A stretch of DNA of 64,000 nucleotides from the human T2T-CHM13v2.0 reference genome, Homo sapiens. The stretch lies in NCBI RefSeq assembly GCF_009914755.1, contig NC_060925.1; one strand, written 5' to 3'. A program made the position numbers and the translations under genes. Positions within the stretch are counted from its first letter, which is position 1. Each line of letters opens with the position of its first letter. Shown one piece after another: positions 41,761 to 55,181 of the stretch. The notes below the pieces were generated by a model that saw only the letters and a list, made by a program, of their open reading frames with translations, had not been told where the DNA came from and did no database searches.

Positions 41761-42269
41761 TAATCAGTAGAAAGAACAGAAAGAGTACTAGATTTGGAGT
41801 TGGAAGAATTGAGTTTTATTCTAGCCACTATTTCCTAGTGCTCTTAGGCAAATCATTTAGACTCTCTGAGCCTGTCTCCTAATCTAAAAATTGAAGATAA
41901 TAAAACCTACCTCATTGGATTTAGTGGGCATGTAAGTTTCTGGGTGAATTTATAAAGTTGTAGCACATTATACAAATAATACTTTTTTAAAAAGGACATA
42001 TGGCCCCATGTTCCCACTCTGAAACTAGTAGCCCAGGATGGGCTCTGCTACAAATCAGCTACAGTAAAGCTTCAGGGATGGGTTTTCTCAGTTATGAATG
42101 CCAAGCAAGCAGAGGGGAAAAACTCAGGTGACCTTGACACTTCCTCTTAGAAATTCATTTTGTGGCTCCCAGAGAAGAAAAGATTTTGACAGGGAACAGT
42201 CTATCCTTAAAAAAAAAAAAAAAAGATTTCAAATAAAAGAAATTGTAGATATAAAGACCAGTTCTCAAG

Positions 42270-42460
42270 ATTGGTGATTTTCAACTTGGTTGTACATCAC
42301 AATCACCCTATGGATCTTTAAAGAACCAAAAAGTAGATGCTTACACCCCCACCCTGGAGAGTCTGATTCATTAGGTCTTGGGTAGGTCCTAGACGTCCAC
42401 ATTTTCAAAGAGCTTCACAGACACTTCTGATGTCCACTGGGGTTGAAAGCCACTGCCCTA
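42270..42460. mobile_element. MER5-type hAT element
   Basis: ttttcaacttggttgtacatcacaatcacc..tctgattcattaggtct..ttgaaagccactg. Confidence 0.7.
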
Positions 42461-44559
42461 GTATTGTTTATAAGGACTAAATAAGATCCTTTATACATAG
42501 TGCTCAATAAACATTAACCCTAATCTCATCTTTTCCTTTCTCTGTGCCTCAGAGGAATGACAAACTGAAATTAGAAATGCAGATCTTGTTGACAAATGAT
42601 TTACAATAAAGTTTCTGGATGAAGAAAAAAAAAGAAAACTACTGTCCTAGATAGTTAGTCAAAGTAGGTGCCTCCGAAATCAGAGCCCAAACCAAGCCCA
42701 TCTGATATCATTATATGTGATCTGGGGAAAGAATAAAACCCCTCACTTAATTTGGCATTTACTAGTATCCACAGTACCTTGGAGGCACTTAACATGGATA
42801 ATGTGCCAAGGAGACAGGTAGGCCTCAAAAGATGAAGTGGGGAATATGGGCAGAAAAGCAGAGTAAACTTCAACAGGATTACCTTGGGTATTGATAAGGA
42901 AATAAAGCAGGCTTACAAGATGAGTTTTATAAACAATAAACAGTGATTCGGGAAAAGGATCTTGGAGTATGTCCTCGTCATTCCCTGAATACTTGGGCCA
43001 AGACTGCTGTCTACGAGGCCATCAATGCTGATATGCTGAGTGTCCTCATAAAGGATGTTGTCAATTAAACCCAAGGAATTACAGTACTCTTTACAAGAAA
43101 AACAAACCACAGAATATTTTATTTCTTGGGAAGTTCCTATTGCTATACTTCATACACATTTCAGTTAGAAAAGCTCCAAGACAAAAATAATAGAGTTAGA
43201 AAATAGAAATAAAAATTTTTTAGAAGATGGAATGCCTTTTTTTTTATAAGGACAGATGAGAAAAGTGAAAAAGCTCTTAGATTGGATAAAAGCTGAGAGA
43301 ATACATAATCAGAATTCATGAGATAATGAAGTGAATAGCTGGGATGGACTTTGTCACTTAAAATTGGAAAGAAATTGTGAAAGCATATGCTGAGGTAATT
43401 TAAGATTTAAGAGAAAATTACTTCATATATTGCTTCATTTAATTTTTACTGTGAAATGTCATTATTTCTACTCTTCAAGTAGATAAAATGAGTCTGAGAA
43501 AGGTAATTTTTCCTAAGTCATGAAGTTGGTAGGAGGAGAAGCTGGGGATTTGAACTCAGACCACCTGACTCCAGAGTCTGTGCCCAGAATCACTATACTC
43601 CTGGACCTCCCTTATACTTTAGATTTTCCAGAAGGCTAAGGAAAGCCTATATGGCATAGTAAGATTCAAGTTCAACTTTAAACTTTTGATTTACCTTTGA
43701 ACTCAAGTTCAAATCAAGTAAAAGTCATTAAGAGCTCAGCTAACATCTTTCTATTCATCACTTCTGTATGCTCACAGCCTTTGGGCTGATTTTGAAATAG
43801 AAATGCTAGTCTTGCAATATTTTCAGCTAAGCCAGAATAAGATAAGATGTGTTGTTTTCCTAGGAATTAATTTCTCCATTTCTAGTCTTCAAGTTTTAGT
43901 AAAACGATGCTTGATGACTTACAGCAATAAATTCTTAACTGGTAATCAAAAAAGAATAAACTGTACTTCTGTTCATAAATAGAGGAAAGAAAAAGAAGCA
44001 CCTGCAATTTGATAATTATAATAATTCATTATACTGCTTACAAAGGATACAGAGACAGTATGGCAAACTAGAAAAACCCAGGATTACTAGTTAGGAGAGT
44101 AATGTTCTATACACTAAGCCATGCAATTTTAGGTGAGCCATTTTCCTTCTTTGGGCAACACATTCCTCAATGGTAAAACCAAGGTGTCGGATTAGAATTT
44201 GATTTCCTCAAAACCTAGAATCATGGAATGTTAGTGCAGGAAAGGGGTTTAGAGGAGGGCCTCTCAATCTTTGTCACCTCATGGTGCACCTAGAAAATGC
44301 TCATTCTCGCATGGCATCCTGGAGCCGGCACAGGAAGTGGTTAAGGATTGGAGCTGCTGCCTCCAGGTCTCAGAGGATCAATTATTCAGCTCATTTGTAG
44401 GGGAGTCCAAGCTTTGAGAATTACAAGTTCAGCCTCATCATTTTCCACATGGAGAAACTAATGCCTAGACACATTTTATGAATTTATAACAACCCATAAA
44501 TTAAAGTACATGGTATCAATGTATTTTCAGTTGTTATACTATTATTTAACAAATCTATC

Positions 44560-45186
44560 CCAACCTGACCCCCTTCAGTCCATTTTCCACATGGTAACTG
44601 GAGAGACCTCTTAAAAACTATAAACCTGATTATGTCAACGCCCATTCCCCTCAAGGGTTGCCTCCTGATGTTTTGAGGATAAAGATCCATATTCTTAAAA
44701 TAGCCCACAAAGCCCTGCATGGCCCAATCTCTATTTCTCCAGTGTCACCTCAGGCTTTTTTTTTTTTTTTTTTGCATTTTATATTTCTTCTTTCCTTTTC
44801 TAAAACACACCAACCAATTCCCCGCATAAGGGCTTTAGCAAGTGCTATTTTCTCGGCCTGGAGTCAACTACCTTTTTCCTCAGCTGACACTCATTTCAGG
44901 CCTCAGTTCAAATGCCATTTGCTAAAGGAAACCTTTCTTAATCCCCCATCTACACCAGGTTCCCCGATTACAACTCATCCTGTCTTTCACTACACAGCAA
45001 TAATCAGAATTTATACTTGTCCATTTCCTTTTGTGATTATCTGATTAATGTCTGCCTTCCTCATTAGACTATGAGCCCTGAATGGAATGTGTGTCTGAAT
45101 AGGAGCTCTTGTTCATTACTGTCTCCTCAGTGCTTACCAATTTCTGGTGTATAGGAAAAGTTCAGTGAAATGTTCAATGAATGAAT
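44560..45186 (+). mobile_element. L2 LINE 3' region
   Basis: cctcagttcaaatgcca..tgattatctgattaatgtctg..attagactatgag, ending in a tgaatgaat tail. Confidence 0.7.
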
Positions 45187-45630
45187 TTACGGTTTAGTTT
45201 TGGCTACAGAAGTCTTCCTGGCAACTTCCATTCATTGCACTGACAGCTCTGTACATCACATTTCTTGTAATATGAAACATGGATATGGTTATGCCTTACT
45301 TCACTCTAATTAGTGAACAGTATGGGCATTTACTTAAACTTTTCACTGCAAATATTCTCAACAATTTTTTTTTATTGTGGACAACTTTGAGATCTAATAA
45401 GCTACGGACCATTTCCCCCCCAGAATGAATACATCCACAACATTTTGCAAACAATTTCAGCCAGTCAGTCCATGGACTAACCCTATGAATAAATTTCAAA
45501 CTCCTAAATTTGGCATAAAATAATTATATGACTTGAGCCTTAGCTACCTTTCCATGCTCATCTGCAATTCTCTAATGTCTTTTTAAGCTATGCTATATCA
45601 AATTCCATGTAGTTTCCCTACATGGAATTA

Positions 45631-45718
45631 GGGATTGCTCCTGTGAGTAGCTACTACACTGTAGCCTGGGCAACATAGTGAGACTCCATCTCAGGAAACA
45701 AAGACAAAAATAAAAAAC
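45631..45718 (+). pseudogene. 7SL/FAM 3' fragment with A-rich tail
   Basis: gggattgctcctgtgagtagctactacactgtagcctgggcaacatagtgagactccatctc carries the CCTGTGAATAGCCACT segment found in 7SL/FAM and absent from dimeric Alu. Confidence 0.75.
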
Positions 45719-47420
45719 CAAGGTAAAGAGCTAAGAGAATGGATACATAATATCCCTCAAATGAGAAGACAAACTGGAATACTAGCAAATAAAATTGAAT
45801 ACTTGCAATGTGTAATTATCCACAAAGGCCATTACAAGAGAATATATTATACAACATACACACTATTTCTTCAGCCTGGAATACTATTCTATGTTTTGTT
45901 TTTTTTAACATATCCTCCAATACTTGGAGCAGATTTCATATCTAACAGGAGGCTCATCTGATTCTTGTGCTGAAACCCAATAAGGATCAACCTCCTAGCA
46001 TTTACTTCCTGATAGGGGCTTTCATGAAACCCAGGAAGGATCAATCTCCTAGCATTTACTTTCTGATGTCAATTTCGATAACAATTTTTCCTGGAGAATG
46101 TTAAATTCTTTGAGAATGAGGAGTGTGTCTTATTTAGCCGTAGTGCCTAGAACAGTGAATGGCACAAACAGGCCTTCAATAAATGTATGTTAACCTGAGA
46201 AGGACCAAAATTATCAATGTGAGAAGAAGCCAGGCACTGTGGCGTGCACCTGCCATCCCAATTACTGGAAGCTGAAGCAGGAGGATTGCTTCAGCAATTT
46301 GTTTATTATACAACAAAGTTATTTTTACCCCAGTAAAATGACTAAAAATTGCATTAGCCTAAGGTATCAATGTCAGTATCAGTTTCTGTTACAGAAAATC
46401 ATCATGTAAACACTAGAACAATGAATTCTTTATTAAAACAAACTGAAGGCAATACTCAGAAAACGTACCATTATGATGACTTTATGGAAAGATTCAAAGC
46501 TATGCTGTGTGCTACTATTGTATAACGTTTTATAATTCTCTCTGCCTTGTGAATAGTAAGCAGCAGATTTTAGCTCTCAGATGGAGATTGTAGAGTAACA
46601 AACAAGTTAATGGGTAATGAGAAAAGTGGAGAACTTTGCACGGAAAGATATGTACACTGATATTCCAAGCAAAGAAATTATTTTTGCTGTTTTCAACTTG
46701 CGGTTTTTATTCATTTACTCAACAGATTAAGCTATTTCTAACTCTAAGGTTGGTACCAAAGGGGACCAGTATTTATCATTAGAAGAATTACCATTCATTA
46801 CACAATGGAATATAAGCATAATGCATAATGGACTTTCACAGTGTGATTGGGTAGAATCCAACGAGACGGCTAATTCACTCAATTCTGTTTCACTTACTCT
46901 GGTGCTCTTCTCTCTTATGCCAGATTCATTTGTTGTCATAAGGCCAGTTATAGAAGCACAGTGGGAGGCGGGGTGGAGGTGAGGACAGAAGCATTATCAG
47001 AAGCTTCCATGGAGGCACAGTTTTTAAAATTACCCACTGAAAATCCATAGATAGCCTCATTGTAGCCTCTTTCCAGCCCCTACTCTTGCTCAGACCATAG
47101 TGGTAATGACAGAATGGGAGATATCACTCACTGATAGAGTAGACTATTCTGTAAGATGACAAGGTCAGTAAAAGCAGTAAATAAGGGTGTGCTTACAACA
47201 AAGATGGAATTCACAATGTATGTTGACCCGAATTTAAAAACAAGAAATAGAATTATGGAGGAAAATCGAATTGTTATAACCCCTAGAAACAAAAACAGCA
47301 TCCAGCACAATTGTGAGTGCACAGTGCATACCACAAGAGATGTGAGCTAAATGTGGTATAATATGAGAGTATAGTGGGCCTGAAGAAGAAAGTAAAAAGT
47401 GGAGAGATACAGCATTTCAT

Positions 47421-47670
47421 ATTATTTTTATTGATTCAGAGGGTACATGTGTAGGTCTGTTACATAGATATATTGTGTGATGGTGAGGTTTGGGCTTCTA
47501 GCATACCTGTAACCATAATAGTGAAGATTGTACTCAATAGGCAATTTTTCAATCTTCATCCTCTTCTCACTCTCCCCGCTTTTAGAGTCCCCAGTGTCTA
47601 TTATTTCCCTATGTATGTCCATGTGTAACCATTGTTTGGCTCCCACTTACAAGTGAGAACACAGCATTTA
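47421..47670 (-). mobile_element. L1 (L1PB/L1MA) 3' end fragment
   Basis: gggtacatgtg..gttacat..ctcccacttacaagtgagaaca; acagcattt repeated on both sides. Confidence 0.8.
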
Positions 47671-48859
47671 ATATTATCGGAGGGAGAAAAGATCCCATAC
47701 TACACATTTGTCTCAAATAATAAATACATCTGTGGTTTTTCAAAGAATAAGCCCTAATTTCCAAGGCAGACTTCCTAGTCCATAGCTATACCATGAGATG
47801 GAAATTTAAATGCTACAGTGATTTGGGGTGATTCACACAGGCATTCTGTATAAATTAAGCAAAAATGAATGTATTTATCAATAATTACAGATAAACTCAC
47901 CAAAAGTACAGCCAAAGCCCTTTGGAGTATGACATAATTTAGCAATAAAATCAGGTGGTGTACCTAAGGGACAGACTATAACATACATATTCTTTAAATC
48001 CCAGTGACCTCTTCCCAGGGGTTAAATCAGAGGAGTCATATCAAATCCAAGAAATATCATCTTTGAATATATTTCAAAAGCCTCAAATGATTAAACCCAA
48101 TGACCTTTTAATAAATGTAAAATAAATACACAAGGATATCAGCTCTAGGTCTGCCTTACTCCTTCCCTTCCTTCCACAGCCATTTGTCAATAATCAACTA
48201 AGTTACTGATAAACAGAGGCTAGGTTCTTGGGATACAAAGGTAAGACATGGCCCCTGCCCTCAAGGAGTTCACACTAAGGGGTGAACTACACAGAAACAA
48301 ATAATTATTTAACAATACACCAAGTATGTTAACAGAAGTATGTATAAGGACAATGGGGACAAAGAGGAGAAAGTACTTGTGATTTTGTTCCTCATATGAC
48401 ACATTATTATTAGAATGGGAGATGAGAATTATGTACTTGGTCATTCAACAAATACTGACTATGCCCCTCTCATGGGTAAGCACAGTGAAATCACAGTGAG
48501 ATCAGAATAATCCTTTGGAATTCCAGGGGCACGTGACCTTCTCTCATCCCCCTCAAGAACTCAAAGGCCTCTTGCTGCTGACAATACAGCAGCTTGATAG
48601 TTAAGAATTTTTTAAGGAATAAATAACTTTATATTTTTAATCTAAAACTGAGTTGGACAAGTTTGTGAATAAAAATATCAGTTAATAAGGATAAAACCTA
48701 AGTAAATATCTAATCATTCTAATTACTTTTGAGGGAGGCCAAATATTCTGACTCTATTTCCTATTATATCTTCCCTCATGCTTAGTTTTTCTAGTCTCAC
48801 TCCCCATCCTATCATGAACTCTAAAGAAATAATACTTGTTACATTTAAGATCACACAGA

Positions 48860-49070
48860 AAGGCAGTGAGGTTAGAGAGTATAAATTCTGGACCCAGATT
48901 GCCTGGGTTCAAGTCTGTGCTCTGTTATGTTCTAGCTGTGTGGCCCTGGGGAAGTTGCTTAACTCTTCTATGTTTCAGTTACTCATCTGTAAATGAAGTC
49001 GTCAATTAATGCATATAAAACACTTAGACCAATGCTTGGCATATGGCCAGGACTCCCTACAAGCTAGTTA
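48860..49070 (+). mobile_element. MIR SINE
   Basis: cagattgcctgggttcaagtc..tagctgtgtggccctggggaagttgcttaactcttct..ctcatctgtaaatg. Confidence 0.75.
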
Positions 49071-49339
49071 ATATTCCTACCATATACATAAAAATAAAAA
49101 ATCAATAAGCAATAAGAAAGAGTTAATGCAAATAAATTTAATAGCAGAGCTATCTTTTAAACTTCATCAAGAGCATGACTGTATCAAATTCGTAACTATA
49201 TCAAGTAAGCATTTGCCCAATATGAGATTTAAAAGTAACGACTATAGTAGTTTGGATTTCATCTATGCTTAAGAAAGTGTGACTTTGCTGTGGATAAGAT
49301 ACTTTCAAGATGTTGTCTTATTGCTATCTTTGTGGCTAA

Positions 49340-49781
<442 letters not shown>

Positions 49782-50502
49782 ACTCATTTCTTTAAAAGCT
49801 TTCCATAACCTGCAAAACCTTCTCAATACATGTGCTCTTGAAAACATTGAGCCTAATATTTTCCTGTTAGACTAGTCTTCTGTTTCCTCTTAAAACAGGA
49901 AAGCCCATAACTGTCTAAAGGACAAAGAACAGTAGTAGGTTTAACAATTTTCACCCTAAAGCCAAAGTGGGAGTAGCTGTAATATTTTATGAATGAAAAA
50001 CAGGATGAATTCTATTAGGGCAACCATGTTTTAGACTCCTTTCTAAGTCACCTCCTAGAATTTTTAATCAGTCACCTAAGAGTTACTTATTAACTCAAAA
50101 ACTGCTTAGTCACTGACTGAAAAATGAGGCAGGGAGCAGACCAAAGTCAAGAGTTCAGGGTCAAACTGCAGAGAGCAAAGCACAATGAGTGAATTGGTTT
50201 CATCTTTCTCCTCAGTCTTCCAGAGCCAGGAAAATGAAGGGACTGGACAGTGTTGGTGGTTGGTAATGTGAACACAATACCAGCTGTCTTAGGTGAGTAG
50301 ACACAAAAGTCACAGGTTAAAAAGGGCACTTTGTCTCCCTTACTTGATATGTGGATCAAAGCCATGTACCCATACATGTATTGTCCTTGGCATCTTTTCT
50401 CAGTTTTCTCTTTCACAAGATGCCCATACACACAATATATTCTATACCAATGCTCTTCTGGAAGTTCTTTCAACTTCAAGATTACTAGAAATAAGAGCAC
50501 TA

Positions 50503-50866
<364 letters not shown>

Positions 50867-50921
50867 TTAATATTTTAGTTACACATTTCTCTCTACTGCT
50901 AGAGGATTATATTTGGTTATT

Positions 50922-51373
50922 ACAGTATTTCCCCCTTATCCCTAGGGGATACATCCCAAACCCCCAGCGGATACCTGAAACCACATATAGTACCAAACCC
51001 TACATATACTATGTTTTTTCTTATACAAACATACCTATGATAAAGTTGAATTTATAAATTATGCACAGTTAAGGGATCAAAAACAGTAACAATACAATAG
51101 AACAGTTATAACAATATGCTGTAATTACAGTTATGTTGTGAATGTGGTCTTTCACTTAAAACATCTTAAGTACTGTATTCATCCTTCTTGTGATGATGAA
51201 GGGTCAAAGCAGAACAGCATGAGATTGCATCATGCTACTCAGAATGGTGTGTAATTTAAAACTTACGAATTGCTTACTTCTGGAATATTCCATTAAATAT
51301 TTTTGAACTACAGTTGATTGAGAGTAACTGGGACCAATGGAAAGCAAAACTGTGGATAAGGGGAGATTACTGT
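50922..51373. mobile_element. MER2/MER2B (Tigger) DNA transposon
   Basis: TIRs cagtatttcccccttatcc and ggataaggggagattactg. Confidence 0.85.
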
Positions 51374-51506
51374 GATACTGACTTATTGAATTCGGATTAT
51401 ACAGTTCTGATATGAGCCAGTCTTTTAACATCTTTCTAGTTTATGACTTTGGGTCCCTTCATGATTCTTAATCACTTCCATTCAATTATAAAATACTTAT
51501 TTTATT

Positions 51507-51653
51507 AGCTGGGCATGGTGGTGCATGCCTGTAGTCCCAGCTACTTGGAGGCTGACAGTGGAGGACTGCCTGAGCACAGGAATTCAAGGCTGCATTGAGC
51601 TATGATTGCACCACTGTACTCTAGCCTGGGTGACAGAATGAGACTCTGTCTCT
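51507..51653 (+). mobile_element. Alu right monomer (FRAM/AluJ)
   Basis: Single right arm. Confidence 0.85.
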
Positions 51654-52385
51654 AGTTTACAATATGTATATATATTGTCTCTAATTTACTCTGTATGTCT
51701 GTATGTGTGTGTGTGCATATTAAGCCCATAACAAATATTTTTGTGCTCTATAAGACAGCTGAGAAAAATATATTTAAGAGTCTAAGGGCAAGCTAGTCTA
51801 TCTGTATACTTGTTATAAAAAAGGTAAGGTATATTGTAAATACATTGCATTTAATGGACAAATAGTTGCTAGTATCTCTCTGGATTTCAAGGGCCCTTGC
51901 TAACCCCTTAATTTCTCCATTATGATAAAAGATCAAGAATTGGCCAAACTCACTTAATATATTAACATTACTGAAGATCATCATAGTAAAGGCCTACAAA
52001 ATAGAGACAAGCATTGCTTAGTGGTGATGGAACAAGCTTTTGATTTTATTTGTTTTTAATAAACAGTAGGCAAAGGGATATTTTGGTTGTCTAGAAAAAA
52101 CATGTATTCTCACTTCCTTTCTATTAACCAGCTAACTTTTGCCTCTCAAACTTCAGCTACAAAAGGGAATCATCCATGAGTTTAATTGTACTGCCAGGTG
52201 ACAGACAAGAGGGTTTATATGATGAGAAGAGAGGCTGGAAAAGGAAAAAAAAAAAAAAAAGAGGAGCAAGTTCAGATAGGTACAGAGGCTAGCACCTGGG
52301 TACTGACCTTTGAATTTCTTGCAAGGCAATATAATTTGCTCTTCAAACATAAAAGGCTACACTAAAAGAATAAAAGCCTTTTCCC

Positions 52386-52579
52386 CGCTATGTTCCTATA
52401 AAACTTTATTTATGGACATTGAAATTTGCATATCACATACTTTTCATGTGTCACAAAATATTATTCTACTTTTGATGTTTTTCAACCATTTAAACATGTG
52501 AAAGCCATTCTTAGCTCATGGGCCGCACAAAAACAGGCAGCAAGGGATGGGCCCTTAGACTAACATTGGTTGACTGCTG
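52386..52579 (+). mobile_element. MER58B, 3' half only
   Basis: tgttcctataaaactttatttatggacattgaaattt..ccattcttagctcatgggccgcacaaaaacagg; the 5' half is absent. Confidence 0.8.
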
Positions 52580-52672
52580 GATTGGAGCATTAGAGCTTGG
52601 GTATGAGTCCCACCCCAGGGCTTCCAGGAGAGGGGGCCCAGGCTGATGCCATCTCCACCCTCATTGCTCTAG

Positions 52673-53252
52673 GCGGGAAGGCAGAGCTGGTGCTGTATGA
52701 GGTGTGGCTGTAGATCCTGGGCCAGCCCTTCACCAAGGCCTTGGAAGATAAAACCAGTCCTGAGTCCCGGGTGCTTCAGGGGCAGCTGATGAAATGAGTG
52801 AAGTGGCAGGATGGAGTGGGAGATCAGGGAAGAGGCCTCGAGGGGATGGAGGATGACTGGACAAGGCTTTGGTAGAACTGTGACCCTCTTCACCCGCTCC
52901 TGACTCCCCAGCTGACCACCATCCTCAGACCTCTACAGAACTTGACCTACTGGAGGTGGAGGGATTCCAATGAATCCAGGGTGGCCCTCGGTGACCCAGG
53001 GCTCAGAGCTGGACTTGGTTGAGGGCAGGAGGCTGGAAGAGATGACCTCCGCTAGTCCCCCCCAGGCTGTCCAGCCCCCTGAAGCCTGTGATGATCCTTC
53101 CACCAGGCCAGACCCACTGACTGCCAGAGTGGGTGCCACCTTCTTGAGGGCTGTGCCAGCCCAGGCCCTTGGGTAAGAATGTGTGCACCAGTGTCTGGAC
53201 ACCCTGTGGGAGGCAGAGGGCCTCTTGGTAGAGATGGTCATTCCAGACCTCG
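52673..53252 (+). pseudogene. Intron-containing pseudogene fragment: three decayed exons (52673-52797, 52912-52969, 53107-53252) of a SEA-domain-like protein resembling Trcg1
   Basis: Spliced reading: GKAELVLYEVWL*ILGQPFTKALEDKTSPESRVLQGQLMK* | LTTILRPLQN(fs)DLLEVEGFQ | PDPLTARVGATFLRAVPAQALG*ECVHQCLDTLWEAEGLLVEMVIPDL. AG acceptors at 52671-72, 52910-11 and 53105-06; donors gtgaag, atgaat (mutated) and gtcagt; phases are compatible. The family assignment is from memory and was not searched. Confidence 0.65.
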
Positions 53253-53719
53253 GTCAGTATCTCTTTCCCTCTGCAGACCCCCTCCCTCTGTCTATGTCCT
53301 CTGTCCATCTGCCTCCTCCCTCGGGTTCATTGCCCCTACATGACCTGATCTGAAGCCTGCCTCCTCAGCCTGCCTTGCATCCTCATGGGAGCCCTCCCAT
53401 GATAAATTTCCAATTTATCTTTAAAAATACATTATTTGAAACCAGATTTGTTAAAGCCCATAATCAGTTGAAATGAAAAGAAAATCCAGATTTGTGTGGG
53501 TTTTATATTTGGTAAAAAGATAATTAAGTAAGTTCTGACAGTGAAATTAGAGTTTTAACTTAGCTGGGATATCATTTATAAAAGAGCCTAACAGGCCTGA
53601 CACGAAACAGGCCTGCCATAGAAGTTATATATAGCCTTTCCTTTGACTCTACTATATTTATTTTCTAATGGACAAGTTAAGTATAGAATGGTAAAGATAA
53701 TAATTTAAAAAGATAATAA

Positions 53720-53930
53720 TAATAACCAATATTTAATTGAATACTTCCTATTCTTATTGTTTTACCTATATCACCTAATCTATTTCTTGCTGCTGCTCTC
53801 TGAGGTAAGTACTATTATTATTCCCACCATAAAGATGAGGCAATTCAGGCACAAGAGTTTAACCTGCTTGCTTGGACAGCTAGTAAGTGGCAGAGCTAGA
53901 ATTCAAACCCAGGTAGTCTGATTCCATATG
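53720..53930 (-). mobile_element. MIR SINE
   Basis: tgaggtaagtactattattattccc..agatgagg..cagctagtaagtggcagagctagaattcaaacccagg. Confidence 0.75.
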
Positions 53931-54539
53931 CATTTGCTGTACTGAAAGTACTTAACCCAGTCTGGGCACAAAGTGAGTGCTTTCTATGATCATCATTGCT
54001 TTTATTATTACTGGATTTAAGAAAACTATATTGAATGCCTACCCACTGGAGAATTGAGGAATGAACAAAACACACAAGGTCACTGTTCTCATGGATCATA
54101 GAGGACAGGGGAGGAGACAGATACTCTTCAAAGAATTACACCTTGATAGTAGAAATAGATCACTTGAAGGAGAAGAAAATTTCTGAATGGTCCTATTTTA
54201 GACTACCAGGTCCTTAAGACTTGTTACTGGATGATCAGAGTATACGCGTCCATTACTCCTATTATCTACTCACCTTAAACTCTGCTGCTTGGTTAAAGTT
54301 TTGGAACCTTTATCGAGTCACTTCCCTGTTCAAAAACCTTTGATGGCTTCCAGTTTTCTAGAGCCTAAGTAGCCACTGTGTGTCATACATACCAAGAAAC
54401 TCCCATCCAGCATTTACAGCAAACATCAGTAATCCATCATGGTGATTTTTTTTTTCTATTTGGTTGTAGTTTTATCAATAAATCAAAAACTGGCACTTGA
54501 ATTGAAACACTTTTGTCATCGTTGACCTAGTTTGCTGTA

Positions 54540-54760
54540 TAGAAACACTGGTTTTGGACTTAGACAAACTTGGGTTCAAATTTCAGCTCTCTGCCACTCA
54601 TTGGTGGGGTGATCCTGGCCAAGTCATTTCACCTATGGGAGCCTCACTCTCTTAGCATATAAAATGGAGATAATAGAAACTATTCAACAGAGTTTTTAGG
54701 TAATGCAGGTAAACAATTTGGCATAGTACCTGGTATATATTGCTTAGTAAATTAAAGTTA
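54540..54760 (+). mobile_element. MIR SINE
   Basis: ttttggacttagacaaacttgggttcaaat..gtgatcctggccaagtcattt..taaaatggagataata. Confidence 0.7.
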
Positions 54761-55181
54761 TTATTTTTATCACTGTTACCATAATGTTCATTATTGCCAT
54801 CAGAAAGCTTTCCAAAGTCTCCACAATCTAGCTCTAATTTACATTTCCAAATTTATCTCCCATACTCTACCAAAGGAACCCTCCACTTCAACCAGAGGAA
54901 CTCAATGTCTCCTAAAACCAGCCTGCCATGTTCTTTTTCTGTGTGTATAAAAATCTGCCTTATTCTTCAAATACCATTTCATTAAATTCATGAAATTTAT
55001 TTCATGAAATTTTCCTGACCCCCTTCAGCCACACTCATACTGCTCTCCATTGAACTCTCATACTTACTGTTTCTAACACTTCATCATACACTATCTGGTA
55101 ACATTCTCTTATGCTGGTGTTTAATTTTATATTACAATTTAATTTTACATTTTTTTTATCTTTTCCATCTAAACCCTCTAC

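Noticed and set aside
45631-46295. Circularly permuted 7SL/FAM (3' piece at 45631, 5' piece at about 46228-46295)
   Set aside because: The intervening DNA appears to continue the flanking L2, so two independent fragments are the simpler explanation.
52669-53308. Minus-strand ORFs (74-102 aa) over the GC-rich block
   Set aside because: No recognisable protein. The coherent signal (splice sites, phases, domain-like peptide) is on the + strand and is disabled.
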